Assembly: GCA_964016885.1 (NCBI GenBank)
Contig: OZ024742.1
Coordinates: forward strand, 314,154,001-314,218,000
Length of the DNA stretch: 64,000 nt
Reading direction: 5' to 3'
Source: Eledone cirrhosa
Taxonomy: Eukaryota
Below the pieces are notes generated by a model, which had not been told where the DNA came from, did not search any database, and saw only the letters and a program-made list of their open reading frames with translations. Of the stretch, positions 29,085 to 43,300 are shown in pieces. The position numbers were made by a program, and so were the translations under genes. The stretch's first letter is position 1; each line of letters begins with the position of its first letter.

Positions 29085-29193
29085 TATCATTATTATTGTT
29101 ATTGCTGTTATTATTATCGCCATCGTCATCATCATCATCGTCATCTCATTATTATTATTATTATTATTATTATTGTTATTATTGTTATTATTG

Positions 29194-29225
<32 letters not shown>

Positions 29226-29238
29226 GTTGTTGTTGTTA
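29085..29238. repeat. compound trinucleotide microsatellite (ATC/TTA/TTG/GTG)
   Basis: Visible simple repeats. They explain the poly-N ORF 29007..29264. Confidence 0.9.
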
Positions 29239-29599
29239 ATGTCAGATTGAAAGCAAGCGTTCAAGAAGTATCTTCGTTTTAACTATTTTAGTTCTAATAA
29301 GATTTTCCAGGAAGAAGATGGCATTTTTACATATATGTTTTATATAAATCTTTCTTTTTATATTGCAGGTGATTTTTAATTAATTGACATTCGAAAAAAA
29401 AACAAAGCAAAAAAAAAAAAGACGCAAAATTTATTCGACTGCAATCATAATAGTGCTTAGTCAGCAAAACAACATTCACTGGAAGACGGGATAGACGAGT
29501 ATTTTAATAGACTCAAAGTAGAAAGACAAACTGGCATCCTTCTCAGTCGAATATAAATTCCGAAGCGACAATTAAGCAAATACATGTTATTCAAAACCC

Positions 29600-29853
29600 T
29601 CTTGGTCAGGCTCTGCTGCACTTCGGGCCGAGGAGGGTAAACTCTCCAAATATCGGTCGCTCTCCGACAGGTTTGCGGTCGAGCCCGAAGCAGTGCAGAC
29701 CTAGGACTACCTCCCTACTCACCACCATCGGTACAGAGTTGGTTACTCGCAGGTGTGAGTCTCGTGAGCTTGAATGGCTCTTCCAGCGCGTTTCCCTCGC
29801 CATCCTTCGGGGAATCGCCTTGTCTATTCTGTCCACCGGGGCCACGGGGCGGG
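29600..29853 (+). mobile_element. CRE-like (restriction-like endonuclease) non-LTR 3' fragment
   Basis: Encodes ...LLTTIGTELVTRRCESRELEWLFQRVSLAILRGIALSILST, matching the FQRxSxAIxRGNA C-terminal motif. Confidence 0.65.
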
Positions 29854-32218
29854 ATATATATGTTTCACAGACACACACATTGAGGTAGTTATTTATCTTT
29901 TTGATTTATCCTTTACAGCGATGTAAAACCAGAGGTTTCTATATTTACACAATGCCATATCTTAACTACAACATTAATAAAACATTAACAATCACACAGA
30001 CACCAACTTTGCCAAGTGTGAAATCTAGTATTCGAGACAATTTCGCGTGCATAGCTCCCAAATTTCAAAATCGGAACCGACTCGGTATCAAATAGACTAC
30101 GAAGAGTTGATCTTTTATTGGATTGATTTATTGATGGAAGAAATAGAAAAGTAGAAAACTGTATTGACCTCAAAGGATGGACTGTGTTAAAAGCAACAAT
30201 TACAGCCTAAAATAGAATGATATATTTGAAGAGGAGGTGGGAATTTATTCCTTCAACGTCATCTGTATGTTATTTTATCACAAAATGTATACTTTAATGA
30301 ACAGGTATTATATTCTACACAAACACAACTACATAGTGTAATAACACATCTTCCACAACACATGCACAGCACAATTATATTGAGTAAAATACTAAAACTC
30401 ACAGATCACACATTACACACAACAAACAGATGAAAATCTTAAGAAGCATTTGTATCATTAGAAACATACATAATATATATTCACAACAACGTATTCGTAA
30501 TTTAGAAAAAAAAACATCTTCAATTCCCAAATGGCAATGATATACACATTCCAAGAACACGGAAGAGAACTTGGTGGTACATTTGAAGCCTGGAGGAATA
30601 TAGTGAAAAATAAGGATGGACGAAGTATGTGTTTAAGAAAAGCACTAACCTTACTAAAGTAAAAGCGATAAACTATAAAGAGAAAAAGGAGACAAAATGG
30701 AAAGAAAACATTTATCATAACCAGGGATTGTAAATTATAGTATCCTTCAACATATTGCAGGAATGATAAGACTAGATTTAAAAAGAATTGAAGTATCAAA
30801 GAAGAATTCCTTGTATTAAGGCAAATATATCTATGATTTAATATTTGCTTATGGTAATGTTTTCTTTTATTCGGTGTAATAATATCCTGAAAATGTTTCG
30901 AGTAAATAATGCTACTGATACATAGTTTGCTTTGGTGTATATTATGTAAGCTCATATAATGTGAACGTAGAGTTGTTGAAGTATTATTACGTATTGGGAT
31001 TACAAGAAAATAAATATAGCAACTACAGTGGGAAAAACGACTAAAGAGACAAACATAAAACCAGAAAACAGAGGCGAGATAGTTTTTCCAAATTTCAGCA
31101 GAAACAAACAAATATAAATTAAGATAAAATTTTACATAGATTCTAGTAGAAGAAATAAAACAGAGAGCGAAGGCAATGATAGAAAACAAAGAATGTCTGT
31201 AAGTGATAAAGCAATATAAACAAAATAAAATGTTTAGAAATGGTGAAATAAAATTCTAGCTATAATTCAGCTGTGTTGAAGAACAAACAAAGCAGGAAAT
31301 GATAAATACATGTAAATCAAACTGGAACCTAAACAGAACACGCTCTAGACACATGAATCGTACAGGGAATTTTAAACTGAAACAAAGAAAGAGGAAATAA
31401 TGAGGAATCTAAAGAAATATCCAACAGAAAAGAACGCAGCGCTGATGGCCAGGAACTTTTCCGGCTAAAAAAGAAAGTAATCACATGTATACATTCAAAC
31501 ATGATAAGTTGTCTTTCCAATACCTTTAAAAATGTTACCACCGTAGTAGAGAATACTTTCAAAAGAAATAGAAGAAAGTGAATTGAGGAACTACAGAGGT
31601 ATCATATGATTACCGTTTATATTGAAACTAATGACAGTGCTGAAAGCTGATGACACATAGTTATTTGTAGCAATACAACACGTGGAATACACTGGAAGTC
31701 GAAAAATATCCTGGGTTATTGCTGGCATATTTCAGAAAGTAAAATAGTAAACAAGAACATAACAATGGGGCGTATTAACGCCTCCAAAACCAACATGTGA
31801 TAAAACACATGGTAGTCGTTGACAGTGGTGAATCCTCGCCTCCTTAAACGAGTTAATGGCAGTAGTAATAATAATAACAATCGTAAGCAGTGTTGTCCGT
31901 AGAAGCAACAATAGTAACAACCCTGACAACCCTCAAAACGCCATCAATGCTACAAACATACTTCACTGTCCTCGTCGAAAGATTGTTTCCAAAGTGCCTA
32001 AAAAGACGTTTCACTTATAAAGACAAGCTTTGGTAGGTTAAGTCGATAGTCGTTCAAATGTCAATTGGTGAAATCGCGATTTGTTTTCCTAGTTCCTTTT
32101 GTCCTCCTGATTTTCGTTAATGTTTAATAAAAACAGAAGTACACAACTTTGAGGGTGATTTATTAGATTTAATAAACCTATAAACACGTGTAAAAGTTGA
32201 ACTGATTGCCAGACTATG

Positions 32219-32431
32219 CGAGGGTGGGCTGAAAAGTTCACAGGCTGACTATAAAAGAATGACGCTAGGCCTATGAAATCTTACATACACCGATTTCCAC
32301 CCTTCGTATAAATAACTGCATCGTTTCTTCCGGGGACAATGTTGAAAAATAAACCTCATTTCATCATTCCATGAGAGGATCTTGGTCAGCCTATGAAACT
32401 TTCAGCCGGTGGATTTTTCAGCCGACTCTCG
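32219..32431. mobile_element. mariner-type MITE
   Basis: Terminal inverted repeats cgagggtgggctgaaaagttcacaggctgac / gtcagcctatgaaactttcagcc...gactctcg, followed by TA. Confidence 0.65.
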
Positions 32432-33180
32432 TATTTCAGGTATCGTCTATAACACGGATACTTTTAATGAAACGATGAACTTTCAATGTGCAACACAAAA
32501 TACTATATATGTGGCAGAAGATGAAACGAAGAGAATCAAGTGATTTATATTGGTAATATATAGGATCTAGTTAATTATATACAAAATAATGCTGTCATTA
32601 TTTTTTCCTACACTAATTACCTACAGTAATTGCAGTACTTCTTTGAACATGAATTTGGAAATTTGTAGCAGGTTTAGTAAACGCATAATAACGTTAGGGA
32701 TGTGGGTTTATTTCCTTGACAAAACATTTATACACGAGATAATTCTGTTATCAGCAAAAGTTGATGTTATCAGGGAAAATCAGGGTCGAGTTTTACACGA
32801 AATACATAGCACATATCAAGTGCTTAGCATCGTAAAAGGGGGTCGAGATGTGCTGTAGCTTTTCTTCAGTAGACACAAAAGGAACAGCGTAGAGGCACTG
32901 AAAAATGAGAACAATATACAATCATTTATTTACTAGAAATAGTGTTGGTAGACTGTATATATGAAGATAAGAGGATGGAAGAGGGTCAAACAGTGTAACA
33001 GATAAATGCTATTGGCAATAACAGAACTAAAAAGAGTTTTGCAAAGCAGTGAAGTTTAAATGAGAAGGTAGGATGATCAATCAGACGTTCATAGAAGCAG
33101 AAAATGATTAAAATCTAATAAAATGTAGAAGAGAAAAGGTAAAAGAAAATGACTTTTATTGTCAGTTGCTTAAATAACAG

Positions 33181-33280
<100 letters not shown>

Positions 33281-33786
33281 TTATATATATAGAGAGAGAG
33301 AGAGAAAAGAAAGAAAGAGAAAGATCGTGGGAGATAGAGAGTGGTAGAAAGAGGAAACCCTAATGACGGCTGCAGCAGTATATCAGTTTTCAAGCTCTTT
33401 CTTAAAGCAACGATAGCCACACACCAGAACTAATTACAACTGTCCCTTATATGCATTATACATATACACAGACAAACACACACAAATAAAACAAAAAGAA
33501 CCGATAGAAGGACGAAAGAATACAAATAAAATAAAATAACGGGATAGTGGTGTCTGTTCTAAACAGAAAGCTAATCATAGCTATGATAATGTTATATGAA
33601 TAATTTAGGTCCAATTTTTCTGGCCCTCCCCCCTTTTCAGTTTTTTCTATGCCTGTTGCCCACCACTGGTTGTTAATTTCTGTCCTCTGAGACATTTTTG
33701 CCCATCGCTGTAATTGACAGCGATGAGTTTTCTTTTTGTATGAACTCAAATACACTGTCGCTTAGTTTCGATCAGCTACAACACTG

Positions 33787-33857
<71 letters not shown>

Positions 33858-33921
33858 AGAGTCACGACCCCGACGGCTGAGCACCGGACGTTTCGACAGC
33901 TAGATCCGAACTAAGCCACCA

Positions 33922-33969
<48 letters not shown>

Positions 33970-34147
33970 GTGTGTGTCTGTATATATGGATATATGTGTT
34001 TGTACATATATGTGTGTAAGTGCGTGATTGTGTGTGTGTGTGTGACTGTGAGTGACTATATCAAGATAAAGCAAAACGACCATAAAAGAGGACACAGCAT
34101 TATTGAGAGTGGAATAAAAAGGGAGGTTACTAAGATGTTCAGATTAA

Positions 34148-35465
34148 TAATTGTTTCTACTTTAGGCACAAGGCCAGTAATGACCCAGTTCATTACTGGT
34201 ACTTAATTTTATCGACCCCGTAAGGATGAAAGGCAAAGTCAACCTCGGCGGGATTGTTCAGATTAATAATGGATGAAACATGGTATTATTACCCACAACA
34301 AACTGATATTGAAAATTATTGTTGTTACATTTCGGTGGAGTGAATTGTGTGTAAATTGATTATAGAGTAATTATAGATATAATCTTAATAGAAGAAAGAA
34401 TGCAATATGATATTAATATCCCATTGTAGAAATATCCTATTGTATGATATAAATTGTATGATATAAATATCCTATTGCAATATGATATAAATATTCCATT
34501 ATAGAAATACAACATTGTCCACTATATTTAGGCCCTTGTGGCCAATAAAGAAACATTTATTACAGGAGGTTATAAAATAAAATTAAATACCAGTAACGCA
34601 CTGGGGTCGATTTTCCCCTTCCCTTCAAATTGCTGGCTTTGTGCTGAAATAGAAAAAAAGCATTCAAATACTACCGAGGTTAGCTTTCCCTTTCACCCTA
34701 GGGGCTCAATAAAATAATGTACCAGGAACGCACAATTTAATCGCCTTTCCCCTCACCCCAAAACGGTTGGCCTTATGCCTAAATCAGAAACCATTATTAC
34801 ACGGCCGAGGTTAACTTTGCCTTTCATCCATACGGGGTCAATAAAATAAAGTACCAGTAATGTACTGGTTAATTGCTGGCCTTGTGCCAAAAGTAGAAAC
34901 CATTATTACACGAGGTTGTGAAATAATATAAACTGCCTCTAATGCAGTGGGGCGAATTAATCTATTTCCATCTTTCCTTCAAATTGCAGGCCTTGTAGAA
35001 ACAATTATTTCACATGGTTTAGCAACGGTTTGTTAGAAAGGGCCGTCTCTCTGGTATTCCGAAGGGTCTCTTTTCATTCTGAGTTGAAATATTACCCGGT
35101 TAGACTTTAGATTAGATAACTCATTATAATACTTGTCTAATACCTGTAATAATTGTTTCTACTTTTGGCACAAGGCCAGCAATTATCCCGGTGTATTACT
35201 GGTACTTATTTTATCGACCCCGTAAGGATGAAAGGCAAAGTTAACGTCGACGTGATTTAAACTCAGATCATAAAGGGCCGTAACTCTTTGCTGCAAAGAA
35301 TGGCGTCCGACCCTCTACCGATACTGCCATTCCACCGCCGTAATACCTGTAATAATGGTTTCTGATTTAAGCAACAATGTTTAGGTGGGAAAAGTCGATT
35401 AAATCGACTCCAAAGCATTACTGGTTCTTTATATTAACGACCTCGTAAGGATGAAAGGCAAAGCA
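34148..35465. mobile_element. cluster of SINE copies and fragments
   Basis: - 34148-34255, + fragments at 34580-34910, complete - 35150-35340, partial - 35355-35465. Confidence 0.8.
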
Positions 35466-37278
35466 AATGTAGTAAGTGATTATTGAATCCAGAATGTGGA
35501 TGAGGTAACCGTAAGCCTATTGGTATTTCATATCAACATAAAGGGGTGTTATACAAATCCTGTATAACATAAAGGGGTGTTATACAAATATTTTTTGTTT
35601 ACATTGGGAACAATGGATATTTTGTGACAGCATAACTATACACCTGCTTAAACATTTCTAAGAATATCACAAGGATGCCTTTCATGGACTCCAATGAATT
35701 AGAACGCATAGCGGCAATTCACAGAACTAAATGCTGCAGGCAACTATGCATATTTTATACAGTCTGGGCTTGAGAGAAGCCATTACGCATCAAAACACAA
35801 TAGAAACAATATACAAAATAAAATCGAATTAAATATAGTAAACAAAATACAATAGCAAATGAATATTGAAATTTCAATTAAAAACTACTTCAGAATTAGG
35901 CAAACAATGGAACTAAGAGAAAAAGATTTGACTTCCAATGTGAGAAGACGATGTCTAATAAAAGTGATCAATCACAAAACAAACGACAGGTTGCTTTTGT
36001 AAAAATATAATAATAAAAGCGAAATAAAATCTTGCCAGCTAATCAATACCAATCGGACAGTGATGTAATATTGGTGGTGAATAACGACTTTTATAGTATT
36101 CCCATTAAATGTAGAAACATATTTAAAGAAAACAGTTGAGTGCACCGAAGTATGTTTGTATTTCTAAGAACACCATCAACACACTCATTCCACTAGAACA
36201 ACCACAGCTGCCATTTTCTAACACCACCAAGTCATCATCATCAGCGATTATATAAAGGATGATATAATAAGAGCTCTTCATACTAGTCGTTTACCCTACA
36301 AGATATAATGGCCAAATCTTCCTCAAATCATATCATACCGTTTTTACAATATAATGGGGGAAATATTGGGTAAAATAACCTGAGGTAAACTGTAGCTTTG
36401 ATCATAGGTTTCCTGGATCAATGTTGATCTAGGGTTAAACATCAACTACAATCATTTGAAGGCAAAAAAGCCATCAATTTAAAAAGAATACAGTACTTAA
36501 CTGATATTAACTTATTTCATTGACCTGTGAACGATAAGCAGCAACGTTCCTCTCGGCGACATTTAAACTTAAAATGTAAAGAGCCCTAGATAAATGCCTA
36601 AAATGTATCTTCTCTGGCGCCGTAACTATTCTGCCAATCTGTGATATTAATAACACCAACAAAATTAACATTACTATTAACAGAAATATCAACAACAACA
36701 GCAACAACAAGAAAAACAACAATAACAACGCGACAACCTTGACAAAATAATTCTCGTAGTCACTAAAAAAAAAAATGTTGAAATAAAATTATGGTCCAGC
36801 GGAAGTGTCACAACTATTTGTGGGAAATGTCCACAAGCACCGAAGTATTATGTGTAATACTTTATCTGTAACAAGTACATATCATCTCTAATATCATTCT
36901 GCTTATCTCAAGATGTGTGCACGTGTTACATTTTCAACTGCCTTAACTATGGAACGAAATCTATGTCATAATTGAAATATTCAACGGATACTTCAAACAC
37001 CTCTAAATATGACAAAATCTTAAACGAGAAAGAACATTTGGAAGATTTCTAAATTCATATATCAAAACAGAAATGATCGGTTATAAAACGCGTAAGTTTC
37101 ACGGGTCCTTCTAGTAAATAGTATTTTTCAGTTGATAGATAATAATTTTTTAGTACACATTAGTTATACCAGATAGACTTAAGATTTATCAAATAAAACA
37201 CGAAAACTAGCTATAGATGTTGTAGAAATAAAACTCAAACTTTATTTGCAATATAAACATTCAATATTTACTATTTAA

Positions 37279-37492
37279 GAAGGCGGTGGATTGGCAGTAT
37301 CGTAGAGCGTTGGACTACATGGTATAGGGTTACTCTCTTCTACGATCTGAGTTCAAATCCCGCCGAAGTTAGCTTTGCCTTTCATTCTTCCGGGGTCGAT
37401 AAAATAAAGTACCAGTAATGCACTAGAGTCGATTTAATTGACTTTCCTCTCCCAGAAAATTGTTGCCTTTGTGCTTAAATCAGAAATCATTA
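37279..37492 (+). mobile_element. SINE, long variant
   Basis: Consensus match including the gtcgatttaattgac insert. Confidence 0.85.
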
Positions 37493-37749
37493 TTTGCAAT
37501 AATTGTTTTGCCTCCCCACATACTAAAATCAAATGCAAGTAGTGGAATTGATTTAATTAACCTTGACCTCTTCACTTAACACGTCAAATAAAAGTGTCAC
37601 TTCCTTAAATGGTTTAAAAACACAATCTTCTCTTTCATTCATGTTTGTAATGCAATACAATCATATTGTAGTGAATTAAGGCAAAAATCTCGTGACAATC
37701 TTACCAGTTGGCCAGTAAAATCATAGTTATTACGACAGACGCTGCACAC

Positions 37750-38088
37750 CAGTTCCGAACACAGAAGAGCCGAACTCCCACTGTCATCGCCTCCATCTCT
37801 CTAGCCCTCCCAATCTCTCTCTATTATGAGCAAATGGGGTCCGACGTGCTGGCCTCGGCGGACAGAATGGAGAAGGTGTTTCCCCGGAGGATGGTAAGGG
37901 AGGTGCGCTAGAAGAGCCATTCGTACTCGCAAGGCTCACATCTGTGGCTAGTCAGCTCAGCGCCTATTGTGGTAAGTAGGGAGATAGACCTAGGGCCAAG
38001 GACACCAGAAGTCTCTACTGCTAAGGGCTCGACTGCAAACCTGTCGGAGAGCGACAGATGCTTCAGCCCGAAGTGCAACAGGACCTAA
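37750..38088 (-). mobile_element. CRE-like non-LTR 3' fragment
   Basis: Translates to SLSDRFAVEPLAVETSGVLGPRSISLLTTIGAEL...EWLF*RTSLTILRGNTFSILSA. Reverse-complement homologue of 29620-29850. Confidence 0.65.
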
Positions 38089-39041
38089 ACATTCCTGAGC
38101 TGTGATAGCACTGCGCAAAGGAAATTCTTTCGTAGCTGAATATTATTATTATTCTGTCTACAAAAGGCCTTCATAACTACTCATAATATTATAGGTCATA
38201 GTAGAGCGATAGATTGGCAGTATCAGTAGAACGCGTCGGACACTCTATTTTGCGGCATCGAGTTACGGCCCTTTGCATTCTGATTTCAAATCCCACTGAG
38301 GTTATCTTTGCCTTTCATCCTTATGGGGAAAGTTGATTACATCGACCCAGTGCGTTACTGGTGCTTTATTTTAACGACAAAAAAGAAGGTTGCAGCCGCC
38401 AGACACCATGGTATTCTCTATAGCTGAGCATCTAAAATCTCTATCAGTATTGCTAATATTACAATGGTTTTTGCCATTCTTGTACTCAATTGTATTTTGC
38501 TTCAACAATTTTCTGATATAATTATTTTATTTTATGAGGTAAACATAAGTTACTTTATGAATATAAATAAATAAATAAATAAAAAGATAGATAGATAGAT
38601 AGATAAATAGAGAGGGTAAGGGAGGGAGTTTTACATTATTTTCTAAAACCCAGACGTAATCATAAATGATTGTTTATGAGTCCAGACATGAATAGATTTG
38701 TCACAATGAAAAAGAAAATATTGATTTTTTACATAGGTGCAAAAGCAGAACTATTTTCGGAGTGTTTCGGTAGTAATGTATATTAAATCGATCCCAGTAA
38801 AAGACTGGTGATAATTTTATCTTTACAGCCACCATCTGAACTCGGCGTGGTTTGAACTCAGCACGGAATAGTACCTAAATACAAATTGCAGTTTATCTGT
38901 CGCTTTTCTAAATCTGCCCACTAGCCGCCTTCGTTTATTAAGAGCATATTAATAAACTACGAAGATTGATATATGAAAGAAATTAAAAAAAACGGTACGA
39001 TGTCAGAAAGTAGGTGTTTGTGTGTGTTTAACCGCGGTAAT

Positions 39042-39074
<33 letters not shown>

Positions 39075-39076
<2 letters not shown>

Positions 39077-39350
39077 CAGGTCCGAATATAGAGGAACCAA
39101 ACGCCTGCTGTCACTGCTTCCATCTCTCCAGCTCTCCCCATCTCGCAGTATTATGAGCAAATGGGGCCCTACGCGCTGCCCGCCACGCGCCCCCGACGGA
39201 TAGAACTGAGGTGTTTCTCTGGAAGATGGTGAAGGAGACGCACTGGAAGAGCTATTCCAGCTCATGGGGCTCACACATGCTGATAGCCAATCTTTTGTGG
39301 ATTGTGGGAGTAGGGAGGAGGACCTAGGTCCAAGGACAACAGAAGTCCCA
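39075..39350 (-). mobile_element. CRE-like non-LTR 3' fragment adjoining (TA)n
   Basis: Homologous to 37750-38020. Confidence 0.6.
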
Positions 39351-39614
39351 AGTTCTGTTTAAATGGTGCTATGTTGTTAGCACCTTTCAATTGACCCTAT
39401 TTTGGGGATTCTTTAAGAAAAGTGAAATAGTACTGGGTATGTTGCTAAAAGCTTCAATTGTTATATGTATGCTGACTAATTGGTACTCGAGTTTCACCGA
39501 AGTAATAATTAGTTCATCCATGTATTTATATAACTCACACATATCCCCCCCCCCCCCACACACACAGACACACACACAGTCACACACACACACACACACG
39601 CGCGCGCACACACA

Positions 39615-39652
<38 letters not shown>

Positions 39653-39768
39653 CAGGCACACACTCACACACATGCACACACAGATAGGTAGATCCGCCTG
39701 TAAGTTGGTGTGTGTGGGTGGTGTATAGACACATATATATGGTCCGCAACGAAAGTCCGATTAACTTA

Positions 39769-40153
<385 letters not shown>

Positions 40154-40310
40154 TTATGACCAATGTCTAATGGGAATTCAAAAGACAGATAAAATGAATC
40201 ATAAAAGTCGCGATATTAAAGAATATATATACATTCATTGCATTCTACATGAAGTTTTAACGCTTTTGTTTCGTTATATATATATGTATTATGTATGTAT
40301 GTATGTATGT

Positions 40311-43300
40311 TCTTCTGATTTTATAATTTCACAAATTTTTTCCCGAGAGAGTCGGTTTCTAACATAGACACAAGACTCTCATTGGAATTTACACAACATC
40401 AACTAGGTAGATTACGTATGCATGCATGTGTAGATATGGATGTTATTGTATCCATGGATGTGTATGTTTTGAGTTGTATGTGTGCATGTGTATATGCTTT
40501 GTATCTGTACATGTGTATATGCAGTTATTAGATGCAACATTTTTGGAATGTTTTACATATTTTTACTGTTCCATTAATGGATTTTACTTGTAATTTCCTA
40601 GCTTTTCAAGAATTGTATTGAGGCAGTTACTAACATACCCCAGTGCCACAGTAATCACAGGCATAAATCTGAAGGTGTAATCAGGGTGGAGTATCTGCAT
40701 ATTTCTCATCAGTTCTGCATAAATATTCTCCTTTTCGCTAATCTTTGATATTATATTGTCATCTGCTGGGCAGCTAATTTCCACTACTGAGCATGCTTTC
40801 TTCTCCCTATTCCATATCATAATATCTGGTCTGTTATGCCTGCATTTTATTGGGGTTTTTACTGGAACATTCCACCAGTACTCTTTCATATTATGTACAT
40901 GGATGTCTTCCACATGGCTGTAGCTTTTAATGTGTTTATTATCGGGGCTATCCTTTTTACAAACTGCATTGTACAGTGTTTTGGCCACTACATCATGCCT
41001 CATAGGTAGATAGTACCGCGATGACATCTTTGGACAGCTACTGATGACATGGGTGATATCCTCGATGTTAGTTCTGCAGAGTCTGCACTTGTTATCACAT
41101 CTAGGTGTTTTGCCTGCATCCCTATCTCTTTTATGAATCAGGTATTTCGTGTTAATCTCCTGTTCTTGGATTGCAAAAGCGTATACTTCAAAGTGGGAGC
41201 CAATATAGCGATTGTTGGTCCAAGATAGACTACTTTCCTTATCTATATTACTCTCACTCTGGAGCTTCCTGGAAACATATTCATGCATGATTTTTTGCTG
41301 ATAAGCATGCAGATTTTCATCCATGGATTCACTGCGATACTGCCGAGCGACTACCCTGGGTATGAGTTTTTGATTATCACACAGGGAATATCTCTCGAGG
41401 AGTTCCTTCCCAACTCTCATGATCGTATCTGTTTCATGCAGATAGACTTGCTCGAGAAACGGGCTCCTACGCTTCGAGGTTCGTAGATGTTGTCGGAGAG
41501 ATATGATGCGACATTCAAATGTTGTCTGGACTAATGTTAGGCCTCCGCCTTCCTGATTACGTTTCAAGTAAAGGCGGTCTATGTCACTGTTGATGTGGAA
41601 GTTTCCGGTGTTGTTTAGTATTTTTCGAGTTCCAACATCAACTGCTCGGATTTCGTCTATCGTCCAATTGAGTATTCCAAAGGTTGGTGTTAGGACAGGC
41701 ACAGCAAACACATTGTGAGCCACTGTTTTGTTTTGCGCAGAGAGTTCCGATGACCAGATCTTTCTTGATCGGGTGTAGTATTCCCTGGTTACGCGTTATC
41801 CATTATAGGATATGTTCTCATCTATCCCCAGATATCTATAGCACTCCTCATCAGATATCGCTGAGACAGTTAGGCCATTGAAGACAATGTTTCTAGATTG
41901 GGTTGTTGTTTTCCCCGCTTTACAGTCATGTATGAGCATTTATCTTGGCCAAACTCCATTCCTATATCCTTTGAGAACGTTGTAACCAGGTCAAGATTTT
42001 TCTTCATCCCATCCATGTTCTTGGCATAGAGTTTCAGATCGTCCACAAAGAAATTATGGGTTAGGTTCGTATTTCTGTCCTCCTGTGAGCCAATGATGTA
42101 TTCTTCACATTTCTTCAGCAGAAAGGACAAGGGGTTTAATGACAGGATGAATAATATCACAGAGAGACTGTCTCCCTGAAATATACCCCTGCTATATTTT
42201 ATTTTATCAGTGAAAATAGAGTCCTCCCTCTCTGTCTTTAACCTTAGGATAGTAGCCCAAGAAGAAGACAGCTTCTCTATGGCTCTGATAATAATGTCTG
42301 GGACTTTAGCAAGTCGAAGAGCCTCTATCATCCAAGAGTGTAAAGCTTTCCTGTAGTCCAGCCAGAATGTAGCCATATTCCTCCTAAGTTGTCGCACCTC
42401 TGACATCGCAGTTTTGTTGATTAGGAGTTGTTCAGCCCATCCCAAAACCCCTTTCTTTCCAGCTGCTTGTTCATCTGTGATGATGTTATTATTTTCACAG
42501 TGATCTTGGAGGAATAGGTTCAGGCAGGCTGTATACATCTTATACATCCGGTTCTGGTATGCAATGGGTCGGTAGTTTTTTGCCAAGCGGGTGTCTTTGT
42601 TCTTGGGACCAGTAATGTTTGTGCTAATGTCAACCATTCTGGTATAAGTGTATCTCCTTTAAGAACTTGTTTGTAGAGGTCAATAAGATACCTCCGATAG
42701 AATATCAGTTTTTTGTACCAGTAGTAGACAATCATGTCTCTTCCTCGTGTTTTCTTATCTTGGAGTTTTCCTATCACAGTCTCAACGGTACCCTCACTTA
42801 TTTCGTATGTTTTTGTTGTAGTGTAGGAGCAATAGTTCTTTCGGATTTCTCTTAGCCACACTGCATCTTGGTTGAAATTCTTCTTTTCACCCCATATTTT
42901 TCTCCAGAAGTAATCTGTTTTCCTGGGATGGGGCCTCAGTGACACTTATTATTTTGTTCTTCATATCTCTATAGACTGATGTTTGCTTTCGTCTGAATCT
43001 TTTATTAAGCGCTTTTCTCTCATCTACCTTCTTCAGGTATCGGCGTTTTTCGCTAACAGCTCTCAGTTCTTGTTTGAGGGTGATCAGCTTATATTGAAAA
43101 GTTCTGGTTCTACTGTTACCAAACATCGTCTCTATTTTATTTTTCACTCTTTGTTGGTGAGGAGTGAGGTTTTTTTGTGTGTGTTTGCATGTAAAGAGCA
43201 TTGTCACATATCCTATGGTTTTTCGTAGGTCAGCAATCTTCTTTTCTGTTTTAGTTATATATGATGGTATTTTTGGTGGTGTTCTGTTCTTGTTAATATC

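Noticed and set aside
30458-31189. 243-aa minus-strand ORF
   Set aside because: Low-complexity F/L/I/Y composition from AT-rich DNA. The region is probably a decayed LINE on the other strand, but I could not confirm motifs.
33716-33760. gacag-cgatga-gtt...aactc-aaa-taca-ctgtc as a hammerhead
   Set aside because: Two core positions are missing, so it is too degenerate to call.
33870-33915. gtcGAAACGTC on the minus strand as a hammerhead half
   Set aside because: No CTGANGA partner. The sequence is better explained as LAVETSG coding sequence of the CRE-like element.
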